Source: Cyanobacteria bacterium J06626_4 (GTDB lineage: Bacteria; Cyanobacteriota; Cyanobacteriia; Phormidesmidales; Phormidesmidaceae). Taken from it: a stretch of 64,000 nt of DNA. The notes under the pieces are model-generated. The model was not told where the DNA came from. It made no database searches and saw nothing but the letters and a program-made list of their open reading frames with translations. Of this stretch, positions 60,719 to 64,000 are shown one piece after another. The stretch is taken from contig JBCBJQ010000002.1 of NCBI GenBank assembly GCA_038523235.1, positions 119,293-183,292 on the forward strand, written 5' to 3'. A program made the position numbers and the translations under genes. How positions within the stretch are numbered: position 1 is the stretch's first letter; each line of letters opens with the position of its first letter.

Positions 60719-61300
60719 CTAAGCTTCAGCTTGTTGGGCTAGGTGACGACGGCGAGAGACATAGCCTAGCCCCACGACAGCCAAAGTGCCCAACAGGGTC
60801 ATCGGTTCGGGGACGGGTTGGGGCGTCACCACAGCGCTGCCTTTACCCACAGGCTCCCCCTCCTGCAAGTTCGCATTGCTAAAAATAAAGCCGAACTCAA
60901 GGTCAATTGAGCCCGCATCCCCTTCAAAAGTCCCCAAGTCAGGAAATATTGCTCCCAAGCTAGTAAAGTCAACCCCTTGATCAACGGGAGCGCTAGAAGA
61001 AACCTGAAACCCCTCGAAAAAAAGAACACTCGCATTAGCATCATTAGAGGAGATTTCAAAAGCATCTACACCCGGCAATCCGTTAAAGCTAAAAGTCCAG
61101 GAAATTAGTTCACTCCCGTCAACTAAACCATCACCAATACTTGCTTCATCCGTTTCAAACATGCCAGTGACGGTGCCGCCTGCGCCACCATAGCCGGTGC
61201 CAAAAAAGTCGAATCCAATCGTCGCCGCTTCGGCAGCAGGCGCGATCGCCATTCCGGTCACAACTGCCCCGCCCATCAATGCAATTATTTTGGTATTCAT
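60719..61300 (-). CDS. PEP-CTERM sorting domain protein
   Basis: Signal peptide (AEA-A); VPEPMTLLGTLAVVGLG..RRR. Confidence 0.9.
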   Translation of the reverse strand: MNTKIIALMGGAVVTGMAIAPAAEAATIGFDFFGTGYGGAGGTVTGMFETDEASIGDGLVDGSELISWTFSFNGLPGVDAFEISSNDANASVLFFEGFQVSSSAPVDQGVDFTSLGAIFPDLGTFEGDAGSIDLEFGFIFSNANLQEGEPVGKGSAVVTPQPVPEPMTLLGTLAVVGLGYVSRRRHLAQQAEA

Positions 61301-62032
61301 TGTCTTGAATTACTGGTTACAACGTTAGCGAGGGCTCTGTGCTGAGAGCATAATCTTCAAACCAGTCAAGCACTTGAAGGGAAATCGCATCACAGAAAAT
61401 GGAACCACCGCTGTGTGGAAATCTATGGTGATATTCACGTAGAGGCAACCGAACTGGTGGTGATCTTTACTACAGCTTTAAAGATTCATGCGAGCAGATA
61501 AAAATACTGATATTTCGATGTTTTGTAGAATACAAATAATGGAAAAACCCTCGGAACTCAGCGGGCTTCCTCTTTCGAGTCATGCGTTTTATGACGCTTA
61601 GCTTTATTGCATTGTATAGACAAATATTCGTATTTTTATATCAAAAATAGTTGTGTTTTTAGTGGTTAAAAATGAATTAAGAGAGTCAGAAATTTGTCCT
61701 GCCGATTGTCTTGGTTTTGTTCTTTTGGTGGGCGATCGCGATTTTGGCGGGGTGGCGATTAGTCTCGCCCGATTTCCCAGCTGTCTAATCGACCCATAAA
61801 GGCTCCAGGGCTCAATGATTCATGGTTTTTAGATTGATTGAGGCGTCGCCCATGCCGCCAAGTCGACTCATCACTTGGGTTGGCAGCCGAGGGGCTGGAG
61901 CGTCCAGTGCTTACAACCCCCTCAAATGCCGGGCGAAGAGCGGTCAAGTTACGAATTTGGTAACCGTGACTGGCGACCGATCGCGCTGTGACACATTAAA
62001 TGAGCCGATTAAGCTCAAAAGGTTGTGAGGAT

Positions 62033-62782
62033 ATGAAACCCGTAAAACGCTCTTTCCCCAAACGCTTCGTTGCGGCAGTGCTCGCTTCAGCTGCCCTAAC
62101 TTCAGGTCTGGTGGTGATGCTGCCAGGATTCATCCACCCGGTGGGGGCGCAGGAGGCGGTTTTGCGAACTCTGACGGTGACCGGACAAGGGCAAGAATCA
62201 GTGCAAACGACCAAGGCGCTGGTAGTGCTGGGGGTTGAGCAACAAGGTCGCGATGCCACCACGGTGCAGGAAGCGATCGCCGAGCGATCGACGGCAGTGG
62301 TGGAGCTGCTGCGATCTCGCCAGGTCGACAAGCTTGAGACCACCGGGGTGCGGCTCAATCCCCAATACAACTATGACAATGGCCAGGCTGAAATCATTGG
62401 CTACAGCGGCAGCAACACCGTCAGCTTTGAAATGCCGACAGAAGCTGTCGGTACCCTGCTGGATGAAGCGGTGAATGCCGGGGCCAATGAAATTATCAGC
62501 ATTAGCTTTATCGCTGAGGATGACACGATCGCGGCGGCTCGCCAGCAGGCCCTGCGTGAGGCCACTGCGGATGCCCAAGCGCAAGCGAATACGGTGCTGA
62601 GTGCGCTCGACCTCGGGCCGCAAGAAATTATCGGCATTCAAATTAACGGTGCGTCCGCCCCGATTCCCATTAATCTGCCACAGCGAGCCGAGTTTTCGGT
62701 GGCTCAGGCGGATGTTTCTACCCCCGTGATCGGCGGCGAGCAGTCTGTGCAGGCCACCGTGACTCTACAAATCCGATATTAA
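62033..62782 (+). CDS. SIMPL/DUF541 domain protein
   Basis: RTLTVTGQG, LNPQY, LLDEAVNAGAN, ARQQAL.EA and GEQSVQATVTLQIRY. Confidence 0.9.
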   Translation: MKPVKRSFPKRFVAAVLASAALTSGLVVMLPGFIHPVGAQEAVLRTLTVTGQGQESVQTTKALVVLGVEQQGRDATTVQEAIAERSTAVVELLRSRQVDKLETTGVRLNPQYNYDNGQAEIIGYSGSNTVSFEMPTEAVGTLLDEAVNAGANEIISISFIAEDDTIAAARQQALREATADAQAQANTVLSALDLGPQEIIGIQINGASAPIPINLPQRAEFSVAQADVSTPVIGGEQSVQATVTLQIRY

Positions 62783-62958
62783 ACCAGTGCCCAGGCTAAG
62801 CGATCAACCGTCGCATTTGGCCTGGGCAACTCACTCTGCGTCCAAACTTGAGTAGTGAAAATCGCGTCGCTTGCAGGGATGAAGGGAGCGATCGGTTCAC
62901 AATGAGGCGGCCCTCCATCGAATGACTAAAATTAAGACACTGTTGTTTTGGCTGCTTT

Positions 62959-63690
62959 ATGGCGATCGCAGTTCAGCACTTTACCTTAGACGAATATCTC
63001 GCCTATGACGATGGCTGCGACGGACGCTACGAGTTGGTAAATAGGGAACTGCATTTGGGTACAGGACGTCATGGAGCCACCATCAAACGATTGGGGCGCC
63101 TGTTTGATAATGAGATTGAGCGTCTGCAACAAATCTGGATTGCGGTGGCAGGAACTGTAGGACTGCAATTACCTCGGGGTGAAGCCTGGGATACAGTGCG
63201 GATTACAGACTTGACGGTGCTGACGCTAGAACAGTGGGAAACGTTGCAAGAACGGGAAGCTGTGATCCGCCTGAATGAGCCGCCACCGTTGCTGGTGGTA
63301 TAAGGTGGTCTGGATGGACAAAAAAGAGCTTGAATGCTTGCTCATTTGACGTTTTGTCGGGGCTTCTAGCTATTGAGAGAGAATTGGTTTCGAGATATTT
63401 GAGGTTTTGAGCCTGACGCCGACTTTGCCCAATCACCGAATATCTTCAAATTTCAGATTTCCGTGAGAGAGAGATCGCCTTCAAGTCCTCCATATAGGGG
63501 CTTTCAGGAGCTTGCTGCGCACAATCTCATTCCAAATTTGTCCAAAATCAAGGGTGGTGAGCGAGTCTACGAAGAGCACGGATTATCGAGCCAGGCGGGC
63601 GGAGTATTTTGATGTTCCAGAATACTAGATATGTGACACGCTGAAGAAGGGAGTAACGGTTTGTACACTACTGGAGAGATGATATAAGGT
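62959..63690 (+). pseudogene. Uma2-family endonuclease pseudogene split by a MITE
   Basis: N-half (FTLDEYLAYDDG..RYELVN..PPLLVV*) and C-half after 63553 (VVSESTKSTDYRARRAEY..PEY*), with stops and a frameshift. Confidence 0.85.
63310..63552. mobile_element. 243-bp non-autonomous IS-derived element (MITE)
   Basis: Imperfect TIRs CTGGATGGACAAA / TTTGTCCAAAATCAAG; flanking direct repeat GGTGGT at 63304-63309 and 63553-63558. Confidence 0.8.
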
Positions 63691-64000
63691 GTAATTCTCA
63701 AACACCGCAGGAAAAGGACATTAGGGCTAATTTGGGCAAACAAACCTAAACCAGCCTCATTACGAAACAAAAATGCACTAACGAACAGCACCATATCAGC
63801 TTTGACATCTGAGGAGGAGCTTGAAATGGTGAGCGTACTACAGAATCGAGAGCCTAGCCGCGACTACTTCAGAATAGAATCATCAATCTTAAGTCTACTC
63901 AGGACAACTTTTTCTATCTTTATCAGCTTCATCGGGAAGAAATTCTTGTGCGATATAACGAACTTCTTTTCCGTCCCCGACCTCAGCTAACACAGCTACA

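Larger units (their letters stand above)
1..64000. repeat. HIP1 octamer GCGATCGC, dispersed
   Basis: Dozens of copies in coding and intergenic DNA, a cyanobacterial hallmark. Confidence 0.95.

Noticed and set aside
63310..63552. CRISPR leader-like appearance
   Set aside because: No repeat-spacer array follows; the TIRs and target duplication indicate a MITE.
63700..64000. Short ORFs at the window end
   Set aside because: AT-rich sequence with no recognisable motif; cannot be judged without the flanking sequence.

Overview
Chromosomal window from a cyanobacterium: it has abundant HIP1 GCGATCGC octamers, chlH, a cyanobacterial-type secA and a cyanobacterial 6S RNA. The GC-rich style suggests a Leptolyngbya/Nodosilinea-like organism (inference). 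Most of the window is housekeeping or conserved cyanobacterial genes (chlH, secA, trpS, metF-like, radC, rsgA, tex, ABC transporters, antiporters, a GTPase pair). An accessory block at about 4.5-15.1 kb encodes a TIGR03032-TPR-GT9 fusion, a second GT9 glycosyltransferase, a methyltransferase and a TpsA/TpsB two-partner secretion pair. It carries IS630 and IS1182 scars and is a candidate dedicated adhesin glycosylation system. Features not in the ORF track include a 12-codon leader peptide plus hairpin upstream of rsgA, 6S RNA, an unexplained and possibly bistable structured RNA beside 6S, a shared dyad motif upstream of three PEP-CTERM genes, several MITE-like elements (one splits a Uma2 pseudogene with a 6-bp target duplication) and short exact tandem duplications. 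All calls come from motif recognition by eye; no database searches were run.
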